Shown here one piece after another: positions 1 through 9,218 of a stretch of DNA of 64,000 nt. The position numbers and the translations under genes are program-made. How positions within the stretch are numbered: the stretch's first letter is position 1; every line of letters starts with the position of its first letter. The notes below the pieces were generated by a model. It made no database searches. It was given only the letters and a program-made list of their open reading frames with translations, and was not told the origin of the DNA. This DNA comes from a virus. Its lineage: Duplodnaviria > Caudoviricetes. The stretch lies in IMG/VR virus record IMGVR_UViG_3300020463_000014, positions 1 to 64,000 of that record; one strand, written 5' to 3'.

Positions 1-80
1 GGTACGTTGGGTACGCCATTTGTTAAGTCAATTTCTCTTGTAACTACTGCCGGAGACTCTGATGGTGTGTATATTGCCAT
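1..80 (-). CDS. gp18: Tail sheath protein, N-terminus only (runs off window start)
   Basis: Reverse complement of 1-80 reads MAIYTPSESPAVVTREIDLTNGVPNV, matching the SP.V..RE.DLT start of T4-like sheath proteins. It follows gp17 and has an AAGGA RBS and a late promoter upstream. Confidence 0.85.
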   Translation of the reverse strand, partial: MAIYTPSESPAVVTREIDLTNGVPNV

Positions 81-145
81 GTCGTTTCCTTTTCCAATCT
101 AATAGAAATTATAAGTTTCATAATACGGTTATGTTCAATTAGTTA

Positions 146-153
146 TATTTATA
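146..153 (-). promoter_or_regulatory. T4-type late promoter TATAAATA upstream of gp18
   Basis: Exact TATAAATA on the minus strand in the gp17-gp18 intergenic region. Confidence 0.8.
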
Positions 154-172
154 TACATTTGATTTTAGAAGC

Positions 173-1795
173 CTACCACTTATTACCCCATTCTTCAATT
201 TGAATGCCTCGATCTGTCGGATCTAGTGACCAAGGTGTATCAGCTGGAGTTGTTATAGGAGCTGATCCTAATCCATCGTCGACGAATCCCCAATCTAAAA
301 CATCATCTTCTATTTCTTTCATTCTCTGTTGAAACATAAGATCTCGTATACTAATATCAGTTAATTCACCAAATGCACTAGTACCGGCAAAATATCCAAA
401 CATAATTAAATTCATAACAATATCATCATGATTACCATCTGATGCTTCATACGACTGGCCTCTTGCAGTAAATGTAGAAATTTCTATGATTGTATCTTCA
501 TCTACAATTTCAAGTTTATTATTTTCTAGTAAATCTTTAAATGAAGAACATCCAATTCGTTTTACTTTACGAGTCATAAGAATACCAAGCGCATCCGCTT
601 TAATAGCTGATTCAACAAACATATTTTCATATTCTAATTCATGGTATAAACCATTACACACAACCATTCCAGCATCATTTGATTCTATTACAACCATCGC
701 TTGATTATAGGAATTTGCATACTTATATATAATATTAGGGAAGAGGAGAGGAGAGATAAGATTATTGCGATATACAGCAACCTGCTTAAACGGCTCCGCG
801 CTAATATCGATTACACTAAAAGTACTATAGTCCTGTCCTCTTCCTTTAGCAACATCAACTAACATTACATAATTGTGATCTTTGATTAGTTGATTATAAA
901 CTTTTACACCATCCTTCGTAATTTCTAATGGATCATGTCTTCTTAATTCAAGAAGTGTGTTAGCATTAATAAGAGTATCTCCTGTACCAAAGAATGTGTT
1001 TCCAAACTCTTGATCAAATTGTACAGGCGAAGTATTGGCTACTGTAGCTTTTTTCCACTCTTCGTCTCTTCCTGGAACATCCCACCAGTCAACTCGAAAT
1101 GGAATGAATTCATTTGTTTCTTGTATTGCACCTTCCCATATTTTATGAAAAACATTACCTAAACCGTTTGCTGTAGATGTAATAATAACTTTTGTATCTT
1201 TACCTGATGATACAACTGGATAAGTTGAAGTATAAAACTCTGAAGCTCGTTCAACAAATGCAAACTCGTCAAGGTAAAGAAGATTAACTGACATACCGCG
1301 AATAGATGATCCTGATGTTGCAGCAGCAACAATCCTTGAATTATTACTAAATTCAATAGATCCTTTGTTAAGAGCTTTACATCCTGGCTGTAAAAAGAAT
1401 GGTAAGTTTTCTAGCATGAGTGTAACTCTACCAAGCATTTCACGAGCGGTAGCACCTTTGTTTGCCATAACAGCAATAACTTTTTCGCTATTAAAAAGTG
1501 CAAACCAAAGTAGATATGCCACTGATGAAATAGATTTACCAGATTGCCGGCATGCTAAAACAATATTAAATCTGTTTGTATTAAAATGATTAAACATTTT
1601 TTCTTGATATGGGTATAGATCAAATGGAACTAAACCTTTATCAAGGTGAATTACTTTACAATATTTTCTTGCAAAGTATGTAGGATCTTGCATGCATTTA
1701 GCATATTCTTTAACTTCATTATTTGTCCAATTAGTAACAACACCATCACGTTTAACACTTGGGTTGCCTAAATAAGAATCATTCTTTTCCATCAT
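173..1795 (-). CDS. gp17: Terminase large subunit
   Basis: YLGNP N-terminus, Walker A RQSGKS, Walker B LLYLDEFAF, TSTANG coupling motif, nuclease motifs DVAKGRGQDYS and HDDIVM. Confidence 0.97.
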   Translation of the reverse strand: MMEKNDSYLGNPSVKRDGVVTNWTNNEVKEYAKCMQDPTYFARKYCKVIHLDKGLVPFDLYPYQEKMFNHFNTNRFNIVLACRQSGKSISSVAYLLWFALFNSEKVIAVMANKGATAREMLGRVTLMLENLPFFLQPGCKALNKGSIEFSNNSRIVAAATSGSSIRGMSVNLLYLDEFAFVERASEFYTSTYPVVSSGKDTKVIITSTANGLGNVFHKIWEGAIQETNEFIPFRVDWWDVPGRDEEWKKATVANTSPVQFDQEFGNTFFGTGDTLINANTLLELRRHDPLEITKDGVKVYNQLIKDHNYVMLVDVAKGRGQDYSTFSVIDISAEPFKQVAVYRNNLISPLLFPNIIYKYANSYNQAMVVIESNDAGMVVCNGLYHELEYENMFVESAIKADALGILMTRKVKRIGCSSFKDLLENNKLEIVDEDTIIEISTFTARGQSYEASDGNHDDIVMNLIMFGYFAGTSAFGELTDISIRDLMFQQRMKEIEDDVLDWGFVDDGLGSAPITTPADTPWSLDPTDRGIQIEEWGNKW

Positions 1796-2171
1796 CTAAT
1801 CTATCTGTAATATCAATTACGTTATCATTCTTAACAGGGTTATTCATATCTTGTAACATTCTTTGTAAATCTACAGTAGATCCTACAAATAAATTATTTG
1901 TAGTTCCTTCAGGAGCTGTTACCTGCAAAACATCTTTCTTTTCAAATTCTTTCTTTTTCTTATGTAAATCCATAAGACGGTCATTTACATCTGAAACATT
2001 TTTAATCATACCAGACACAACTTCAAAAGCTCGAGGATGTTCGAGATTTCTAGCTACTTCAATCATATCCTCAAGTGCAGCATTACCTTTTTCGATTAAA
2101 TCGTAATATGTTTTACGAGAATAATCGAAGTCATCTTCTGGTAAATTGTCTGATTTTTTCCAATCACTCAT
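1779..2171 (-). CDS. gp16: Terminase small subunit
   Basis: HPRAFEVV and TTNNLFVGST.DLQ motifs of T4-like gp16; overlaps the gp17 start. Confidence 0.92.
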   Translation of the reverse strand: MSDWKKSDNLPEDDFDYSRKTYYDLIEKGNAALEDMIEVARNLEHPRAFEVVSGMIKNVSDVNDRLMDLHKKKKEFEKKDVLQVTAPEGTTNNLFVGSTVDLQRMLQDMNNPVKNDNVIDITDRLDDGKE

Positions 2172-2411
2172 TTATTTAGCTTTTCTTGTTCCACCAATTA
2201 AACCAGCCATAGAATTTTCTGGTCCAGTTGGTCCGCTTTTCATTTTATTCATATGGTCACGAGCAGCTTGTGATATATCAATTCTATCTGGTTGCACTTC
2301 ACGCGCTTTCTTAGATTTATTTGTAGTAACATTTGGTGGTTGATTTCTGCCATAAGGATCCGTTAAGCTACCAATAACCGATTCTGTAGAATATTCTTTA
2401 AATGATAACAT
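2172..2411 (-). CDS. Small hypothetical protein, possible internal head protein
   Basis: 79-aa ORF with AAAGGA RBS; N-terminus MLSFKEYSTE resembles the T4 capsid-targeting sequence MKTYQEFIAE. Confidence 0.55.
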   Translation of the reverse strand: MLSFKEYSTESVIGSLTDPYGRNQPPNVTTNKSKKAREVQPDRIDISQAARDHMNKMKSGPTGPENSMAGLIGGTRKAK

Positions 2412-2432
2412 TATTAATTCCTTTATATTTAT

Positions 2433-3053
2433 TTACGGTGCTTTTCGACCAGTTACGGCTGCATGAGCATTTTTATACATATTTCTAACAGCTTGTGCTC
2501 GTACTGATGGCGCCGCTCTTTTTTGAGCTTTTTGCTGAGTTCTCCAATTTTTAGCTGCTCTTTTTGCAGCATTTTTTACTATTGTCGCATGTTGCTTAAA
2601 ATCAGAATTATCATGAGAAATAGTTGTTGGTTTGCCATCGACACCTCTTAAAACTTTTTTTCCAGTAGAAGTTTTCATAACTTTACCATGATCTGGATGA
2701 ACCACCGATGATGGTGGTGTAGGTTTCATTGCTTCCATACCAGCACGACCAACACTTTTTGCTACTTTTTTAATTCCTCTTCCGGTTGCGTTTACCGCTC
2801 TTTCACCACGTTTTCCATCACCAGTAATAAAGTTGCCAATTTTTCCTCCAATGTTTCCACCAACACTTGCACCTGCAACACCACCTGTGCCAAATCCAAT
2901 AGCATTACCAATTCCAGGAGCAACCAAGCCGCCTGCAGTGCCACCAGCAATTGCTCCACCTAATCCACCAACAGCTGTACCAATCCCTTTACCAATAGCT
3001 TTACCTATTTTGCCTTCATTAAGTTCTTCTCTTAATTGAAAATATGTTTTCAT
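2433..3053 (-). CDS. Glycine-zipper, basic protein; possible internal head protein
   Basis: N-terminus MKTYFQLREELNE (capsid-targeting-like, L-x-E site), long GxxxG segment, Lys/Arg-rich C-terminus; ATGA overlap with gp15. Confidence 0.6.
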   Translation of the reverse strand: MKTYFQLREELNEGKIGKAIGKGIGTAVGGLGGAIAGGTAGGLVAPGIGNAIGFGTGGVAGASVGGNIGGKIGNFITGDGKRGERAVNATGRGIKKVAKSVGRAGMEAMKPTPPSSVVHPDHGKVMKTSTGKKVLRGVDGKPTTISHDNSDFKQHATIVKNAAKRAAKNWRTQQKAQKRAAPSVRAQAVRNMYKNAHAAVTGRKAP

Positions 3054-3847
3054 TGTGATGAATCTCCGTAATATTCTGTGGCAGTTGTAAATCCAAAATC
3101 ACTAAACGGTTGAGCATTTGCTGGATTAGATGTAGTAATTTGTTTAACGTATAAACCATCAGAATCCGCTCCAGAAGTTAATAATGTGGTTTTGTCTATA
3201 TAAACATCGGTTGTAGTTTTCTTAATAATTCTATCTTGACGGATCGGTCCATGAAAATTAACTCTCATTCCAAAATCAAGAGTATAAATTATGGTTCTTC
3301 TTTGTTCTAATGATCCTTCAAAATCATCTTGAAATGCTACTGATTGTAAAGTAATTGGAACATCTTCTTTTATATCTTCAAATCCAGAAAGTGGTTTAAG
3401 AGTTAAGGTATATTGTGGATTAAAATATGGTAAAATTTGCTCAACAATTTGAAGAGCATCATCTTGTAACTTAGCATAAATGTTTAAAGAGAAAAATATA
3501 GTATATGGAGCTGGTGAATATATTTTATTTACATGAGTAGTACTTGCACCGTATGCTTTATTATAGTTATTATTCTTTGGAAGAATTCTTTCTGGATCAT
3601 AAGCTAATGAAGTAATTTCAAAAGACATTCGTGGTAACTTTAAAGCCACTTTAGTATTGTCAACTAAAGATGGATTTTCTCTAATTCTTTCTAAATATTT
3701 ATCTTTTGGTGCATATGCTAAAGGCACTTTTGTTTGGTCTATTATAGAACCATTTTTTGCAGTCCTTTGAACATGAATATCGTTAAATATTGTGCCAAAT
3801 GTAGCAACAGCTTTTCTAATTCTTTCGTGATAAAAATATTGAAACAT
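3050..3847 (-). CDS. gp15: Tail sheath stabilizer / tail completion protein
   Basis: YFYHE.IRK...FG.IFN, VPLAYAPK.K, LPRMSFE and QIVEQILPYFNP motifs; synteny gp13-gp14-gp15. Confidence 0.95.
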   Translation of the reverse strand: MFQYFYHERIRKAVATFGTIFNDIHVQRTAKNGSIIDQTKVPLAYAPKDKYLERIRENPSLVDNTKVALKLPRMSFEITSLAYDPERILPKNNNYNKAYGASTTHVNKIYSPAPYTIFFSLNIYAKLQDDALQIVEQILPYFNPQYTLTLKPLSGFEDIKEDVPITLQSVAFQDDFEGSLEQRRTIIYTLDFGMRVNFHGPIRQDRIIKKTTTDVYIDKTTLLTSGADSDGLYVKQITTSNPANAQPFSDFGFTTATEYYGDSSQ

Positions 3848-4899
3848 TATGGATCCTCTGCATCACCAAATGGGTTACCTTCAGAAAAATCTAAAAAGTC
3901 TATAGATGCTGTTGAATTAGCATCAAATATATCGTTTTGTGCTGAAAGATAACCAGTGTCTTCATTAATTGAAAGAATAGTTCGTGTTCTTGGATATAGG
4001 TATGTGTTTGAATCTACATTTCTTCCATAGAACACATTGAATGGGAATACAAACTGATCATCAGGTCTATCATTAACAATTGTTTTACCAACCGTAAATC
4101 CAATTAATCCAGTTGCACCTGCTCCATTTGAATCAAGAGCGCTATCAACACCAACATGTCCGAGTACAAGTGTTCGAGTAGTAGGACTATATTCAATAAC
4201 TTCTCCAACAATTTTAGGATGTCTACCAGTAATAGTTCTAAGTGCCGAATCAATCTGATAAATATTTTCTCCAACAAAGAAGTCTACACCACCTTCCATT
4301 CTATCACTATCACCAAAGAGAACACCATTTTGATTACGTGCTGAATCAAGACCAAGCGTAATATTTGCTGCATCATTTTCAATACTATCAATTGTTTCTA
4401 TTCCAGTATCTAGATCTTCTCCACTATATACAAATAGCTCACAACGTAAATTATATGTTGGAACATTATTTAACTGATAAAACGGTTGCTCATGTTCGAC
4501 ATGCATAATTTCAAACATTGAATTAGAAAGTGGAAGATATAATACATCACCTTCTCTTGGTCTTTCTGATGAAATTTCATTTGCGTTTTGTTCAACAACA
4601 TGACGCCATCTTCTACGCGATACTACAAAATTAGCAGCGTCTCTGATTTCAACACCAAATTTTGTAAAGAGATCTCCTTCTCCATCAAATCCCTGTTGAT
4701 TCTCAATATACATTTCAATCTTATATGCAGTAGAAAAACGAGAAGGAACATCTTCACCCAAAATTTTATCTTCATTGACGATTTCACGCGGCATGTAATA
4801 AACATCTTGACCATAGATTTTTAACGATTCTATGATAATATCTTCGTATAAATTTTGTTCATTTACCGGTTTATCGGCAAAAAAGAGATTCTTTGCCAT
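3847..4899 (-). CDS. gp14: Neck (head completion) protein with extended C-terminal region
   Basis: EQNLYED.IIES.KIYGQDVYY.PR, RPREGD..Y.P, VEHEQPFYQL and C-terminal FSEGNPFG motifs. Confidence 0.93.
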   Translation of the reverse strand: MAKNLFFADKPVNEQNLYEDIIIESLKIYGQDVYYMPREIVNEDKILGEDVPSRFSTAYKIEMYIENQQGFDGEGDLFTKFGVEIRDAANFVVSRRRWRHVVEQNANEISSERPREGDVLYLPLSNSMFEIMHVEHEQPFYQLNNVPTYNLRCELFVYSGEDLDTGIETIDSIENDAANITLGLDSARNQNGVLFGDSDRMEGGVDFFVGENIYQIDSALRTITGRHPKIVGEVIEYSPTTRTLVLGHVGVDSALDSNGAGATGLIGFTVGKTIVNDRPDDQFVFPFNVFYGRNVDSNTYLYPRTRTILSINEDTGYLSAQNDIFDANSTASIDFLDFSEGNPFGDAEDP

Positions 4900-4902
4900 A
4901 AG

Positions 4903-5667
4903 TTATCCTACAAATAAATCAATGGGTAATTCAAATTCTAGTCTGAGTTTTTCATCTAATTGTTGTATTTCAATATTTGCATCATCATATATTTGTCTAC
5001 CATTTAGCATTACTCCACCTGGTAAAGTCATTCCTTCAAATTTCATGAGGTTTGATCCCCATTGCCTTTTAATTAAAGCAGTAGCATACATCTTTAACCA
5101 CATATCGTTAAAAATAGATTTAGTTCCTGATGTTGTTGATGGATCTACAAGAGCATAACATTCGGCTACAAGATAATCACCTTCTTTAATATCTCTATCT
5201 GAAAAGTCACCAAAAATATGTAATCTATTTTGTCTACGCTGATAAGATACCTGGGGAGTGCCATTTAGCGTCATATTAATAAGATCAAGATATTGTTTCA
5301 TTTGTACAAAGTAGTCTAAACCACCAGTAAAATTATTTAAATTTATCATGTCATTTAGCATCATTTGATATTTAATATCAAACATTCCTGCGCCAGTAGA
5401 TGAACCAACTCGAATAGGAAATAAATGAGTTACAAAAATAATATTATTTGCGACTGGAATGTATTTGTTTGTAACATCAGTTGCAGTAACTAAATGTTTA
5501 AAGTATGTTTTAACAGTAGCATCAGAATGATATTCTTGGTATACTTCAAGAGCTTCATCGATTCTATCATCAATTTGCTCATCAGCAACATTAATATCAA
5601 TTACAGGAGCACCTAGTTTACGTAAACAATATTCCTCTAACTCAGTTCGTGTGGTTACTATAGCCAT
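4903..5667 (-). CDS. gp13: Neck protein
   Basis: YCLRKLGAPVIDINV..EQ..DRIDEAL and ALIKRQWGSNL.KF.G..LPGGV.LNG motifs. Confidence 0.95.
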   Translation of the reverse strand: MAIVTTRTELEEYCLRKLGAPVIDINVADEQIDDRIDEALEVYQEYHSDATVKTYFKHLVTATDVTNKYIPVANNIIFVTHLFPIRVGSSTGAGMFDIKYQMMLNDMINLNNFTGGLDYFVQMKQYLDLINMTLNGTPQVSYQRRQNRLHIFGDFSDRDIKEGDYLVAECYALVDPSTTSGTKSIFNDMWLKMYATALIKRQWGSNLMKFEGMTLPGGVMLNGRQIYDDANIEIQQLDEKLRLEFELPIDLFVG

Positions 5668-5697
5668 ATTGACATCCTATTTAAATAGTCTTTGTAC

Positions 5698-5705
5698 TAT
5701 TTATA
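5698..5705 (-). promoter_or_regulatory. T4-type late promoter upstream of gp13
   Basis: Exact TATAAATA about 30 nt upstream of the gp13 ATG. Confidence 0.8.
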
Positions 5706-5733
5706 TAGTTTTTTGTTTTAACCTATTATTAAA

Positions 5734-5931
5734 TTAGCCATCTGACCAAGATTGAGCGGCAGCACCTGTTGGTGCGGCGCCACCGCCCGCAGGTGGACCA
5801 TATAACTTATTATTCGTAATTTTGGTTACTTTAGTAGATACTAAAACTCCACCATTTTGCACACGTTGAGCGCACCCTATTCCATTAAGACTATGAGGTG
5901 GTGAGGACGATACTGATACCATGAGTGCCAT
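5734..5931 (-). CDS. Small hypothetical protein
   Basis: 65-aa ORF filling the gap in a co-directional gene string, AGGA RBS; Gly/Ala/Pro-rich end. Confidence 0.55.
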   Translation of the reverse strand: MALMVSVSSSPPHSLNGIGCAQRVQNGGVLVSTKVTKITNNKLYGPPAGGGAAPTGAAAQSWSDG

Positions 5932-5946
5932 TTATATTATCCTATC

Positions 5947-7113
5947 CTATGCATAAGGTACATTATCTTCTGGAAATGCATAACATGCATTTACATCAGC
6001 CTCATATCCATATACATAACCACATTTATGAGGTTTAACAATTCGATATCTAGTAGTACCCTCTAATATTACATCTCCATCATCACCAGCATTATCTGAT
6101 ATTCTATACATATTCATCATTCTACCGCGCCTTGGATTTTTATTAATCGCAGTAGCCGTGGTGATCCCCGCAAGCCTAAGCGAATGATGACCAATAAATT
6201 GCACAGGAGTTAGTTGATGAATAGGTGCATCTCCACCAGATACATTAAAATGTTCTTGATTAAGAGCAGGAGGTGGACTTATAGTGGAATACTGTCGAGA
6301 TGAAGTATGATCCACACCAAAATGAAAATTTGCATTGTGTGGAGAAAATTCTGCAGTTCTTACAACACCATTATAATCAATATATCTAGGTTGACCAACT
6401 CCGAAATGAGCATAATTTGAATTAGTTTCAGCAGGAACAGGATTGTCCATAACATTCATCCATGCAGAATGTATAAGAACAGAAGGACAATATGTATCAT
6501 CTACACTATATGCCCAGTTATCTATTGTTGGAGCATATTCAAGATCATTAAGAACAAACCACCCATGATCACGATCAGTATCTGTCCCGCCATTATAAAA
6601 TCCTTCACTAGCAGATACTTTAAACATAAAGGTAGTATCATTTGCAATCATATGAATGGCTTTTACAGCAGCACCATACGCCCCACCTACTCTATTATAA
6701 CCAGCATTGGTATTACCGCCTATACCAACAGAGGTACTTGATGTAGGGGTTGAATTGTTGCCATTATCATCATAAACATTCACTCTCCAACCATCAGCAG
6801 CGTCAACATTTATTATAATTTTATAACTCGGAGTATATCCAGCGGTTTGACCTGTTGCATAATGTTTTTTGTAAAAAATTACTTGACCAGATGCTGATCC
6901 GCCACTGGCTGATATCGTGTGGTAAATACCACTTGTTGGATTTGTGCCAGCATAGTTACCTGCTGAACCGTTAAATCCAGTGGTTCCAGTTGCTTTAGCG
7001 TCATTGCGCCAATCACTACCTTCTAAAAAATCTGCGATACTATAACACATGTCTCTTACATCATAATTATAGTTTGATCCTGGATTTCTAGGAGTTCCGT
7101 AAAAATATGCCAT
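5947..7113 (-). CDS. Hypothetical virion-associated protein
   Basis: Start revised to 7113 (MAYFYG; TAATG overlap with upstream stop, GGAG-rich RBS). Gly/Asn/Thr/Tyr-rich composition among tail genes. Confidence 0.65.
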   Translation of the reverse strand: MAYFYGTPRNPGSNYNYDVRDMCYSIADFLEGSDWRNDAKATGTTGFNGSAGNYAGTNPTSGIYHTISASGGSASGQVIFYKKHYATGQTAGYTPSYKIIINVDAADGWRVNVYDDNGNNSTPTSSTSVGIGGNTNAGYNRVGGAYGAAVKAIHMIANDTTFMFKVSASEGFYNGGTDTDRDHGWFVLNDLEYAPTIDNWAYSVDDTYCPSVLIHSAWMNVMDNPVPAETNSNYAHFGVGQPRYIDYNGVVRTAEFSPHNANFHFGVDHTSSRQYSTISPPPALNQEHFNVSGGDAPIHQLTPVQFIGHHSLRLAGITTATAINKNPRRGRMMNMYRISDNAGDDGDVILEGTTRYRIVKPHKCGYVYGYEADVNACYAFPEDNVPYA

Positions 7114-7397
7114 TATCCTTCTCCCCCTGTCCATTCTACCCATACATTATTTTCATCTTTTAAAGATGATACACCAAAAGTTACAATTTCTAATGGTGAC
7201 CTTAGAGAAAACACACCCATTGTACTTCCGTCAAAATTTTCTACTAAATAGTCTATATTCATATTTGCTTTATTATATTCAGCACCGTCTTTATATCTAT
7301 AAACTTTAAAGTCAGTAATATAATTATCTGCAGCAGAATCATTATTAAGACTATGCCTATGTCTAACTGCTAATTTTTCCGCATCGGTTAATGCCAT
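7113..7397 (-). CDS. Hypothetical protein
   Basis: 94-aa ORF with GAGGA RBS, translationally coupled to the next gene. Confidence 0.65.
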   Translation of the reverse strand: MALTDAEKLAVRHRHSLNNDSAADNYITDFKVYRYKDGAEYNKANMNIDYLVENFDGSTMGVFSLRSPLEIVTFGVSSLKDENNVWVEWTGGEG

Positions 7398-7409
7398 TTT
7401 GTTGTCCTC

Positions 7410-9179
7410 TTATGAATATGTAAACGTAACAGTAAGATCAGATCCCGCTGTAGTGCTACCAATTTGTGTTATATCTACTGTTAAATAATCATCTTCAGCT
7501 AATGTTATACTTGGTGAACTATTTATAATCTTTGTTCCACCGTCAGCAATCACTAAAGTCGCTCCAGATGAACCATTCTTATTTACAGTTATATTTATTG
7601 CTGCTCCTACTGGTGCTGTATTAACTCTTGCAACAATTCTATCTATTGTTACTGCTTTTGGGGCATACCACCTTTTAGTTCCAGTCGTAACTTCTAATAC
7701 GCCAGTTTGAACTAGATTTGTAAAAGAAGATGGTGAAGCGGTCGCAATTTGCCATCCAGTTCCAGTTTTAAAAATATGTAAGTTACTGGTATCTTCAGCA
7801 AAAGCTAAGTCACCATTAACATTACCAATTGCTGGAAGATATGTAGCATCTGCAAAAATACTTACTGACGCAACTAATGAAGTTCCATCTGGCGCAACCA
7901 ACGTTGCAGTGCCAGCAACTTCCTTAATTTTATTTTTAAACGAAGGTGTATTTTCTACATAAGTTGCCATATCTTGAGGAACAAATTTACTATTTGTTGC
8001 GTCGTATACAATACACATCTGATTCACAAGTGATGGAATAGGTCTTAATTCAATCGCATTTTTATGACCTTCTTGATCATGCTGACCATAAATTACATAG
8101 TTTCCATTTTCATTAGTTTCTACTGCTAAGTCTTTTATAACAATAGTGCCTCTCATCGAAGAGTGAATTCCACATTGATAATATAAAGTATCAGGCGCAT
8201 TAGCAGGTACAGTAAATACTAATGAACCAGTTTGATTTCTTGAACCTGTTACTCCAGTTGTATATTCTCCGACATAAGATCCAGAAACATAATTTGTCCC
8301 GTTATCTGTGGTTAAATAAAATGGATGGCCGGTGGCGGTTAAATTGAATGTGTATGTACCGCCTCTACGTAATGGTCCTATTTCAGGATTATTGCCGGAT
8401 TGCGTTCCGCTAAATGTATATACACCAGAACCAGAAGCTACAGTATATGTAACAGTTGGAGCAGTCAAAGTTGGTGGTGTAATACTAGAAGGTACTGTAA
8501 ACGATAATCTTTGTACTGAAGTAGACGCACCACCATTAATACTTGCATGTGTATGATTTACTATTGTAGTTGTTGGCCAACTTACTAAATTTTGATCACC
8601 AGCTCCATCAATCCACTTTAATTTAAAATCATGTCTTTGTGTCATACTTCCATATTGAGTATTTGCAAAGTTATTAATTTGATATGTACCTTGCATATAA
8701 AGAGGAACATTTGTTTGTACTTCATTTGTAATAGAAGTTCTTGCGTAAGGAAGAGAACTTGTTAACCATGTCCATACCCAAGATGTTCCATGTCCAGCAG
8801 TTGGATCAGCAACTTGAATTTCTAATACTTCAGGGGCAATAGTTAAATCAACATTATCAAGCTGTTCAATTTGTTCAACATTAGGTTTTGATGGCTGTTC
8901 AACTCCACCTACAGTAGATTTTGTTTCAAGTTTACCAGAAGCACTCGCTTCTAATTTAATGGTATTTGCTCCAGTACCAATTTTAATTGCTGGCAATGCA
9001 ATTGATCCACCAGATCCTGCTGAAATAGATCCACTATCTCCTAAAAATAATGTATTACCACTTAAATGAAGCGATTTCCATTTTTTTGTCGGTGACCCTA
9101 AATCATAGGCTGAATCTGCGTCTGGAATCCAAGAACCATGTGGTTCTAAGTTAGCTAATGATCTACCTTTAGTTGACAT
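7410..9179 (-). CDS. Virion/tail fibre protein with cupredoxin-like domain
   Basis: YDLGSPTKKWKSL fibre module shared with the 4508-aa protein; GHPFYL...APDTLYYQCGIHSSMRG cupredoxin-like motif; own late promoter. Confidence 0.75.
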   Translation of the reverse strand: MSTKGRSLANLEPHGSWIPDADSAYDLGSPTKKWKSLHLSGNTLFLGDSGSISAGSGGSIALPAIKIGTGANTIKLEASASGKLETKSTVGGVEQPSKPNVEQIEQLDNVDLTIAPEVLEIQVADPTAGHGTSWVWTWLTSSLPYARTSITNEVQTNVPLYMQGTYQINNFANTQYGSMTQRHDFKLKWIDGAGDQNLVSWPTTTIVNHTHASINGGASTSVQRLSFTVPSSITPPTLTAPTVTYTVASGSGVYTFSGTQSGNNPEIGPLRRGGTYTFNLTATGHPFYLTTDNGTNYVSGSYVGEYTTGVTGSRNQTGSLVFTVPANAPDTLYYQCGIHSSMRGTIVIKDLAVETNENGNYVIYGQHDQEGHKNAIELRPIPSLVNQMCIVYDATNSKFVPQDMATYVENTPSFKNKIKEVAGTATLVAPDGTSLVASVSIFADATYLPAIGNVNGDLAFAEDTSNLHIFKTGTGWQIATASPSSFTNLVQTGVLEVTTGTKRWYAPKAVTIDRIVARVNTAPVGAAINITVNKNGSSGATLVIADGGTKIINSSPSITLAEDDYLTVDITQIGSTTAGSDLTVTFTYS

Positions 9180-9210
9180 ATTTAATTTCCATTGCTATAT
9201 TACTTAACTC

Positions 9211-9218
9211 TATTTATA
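9211..9218 (-). promoter_or_regulatory. T4-type late promoter
   Basis: Exact TATAAATA overlapping the upstream stop codon, about 30 nt before the ATG at 9179. Confidence 0.75.

Noticed and set aside
173-1795. Intein, intron or homing endonuclease in terminase or other core genes
   Set aside because: gp17 has normal length with contiguous motifs; no LAGLIDADG, GIY-YIG or HNH ORF recognised in the window.
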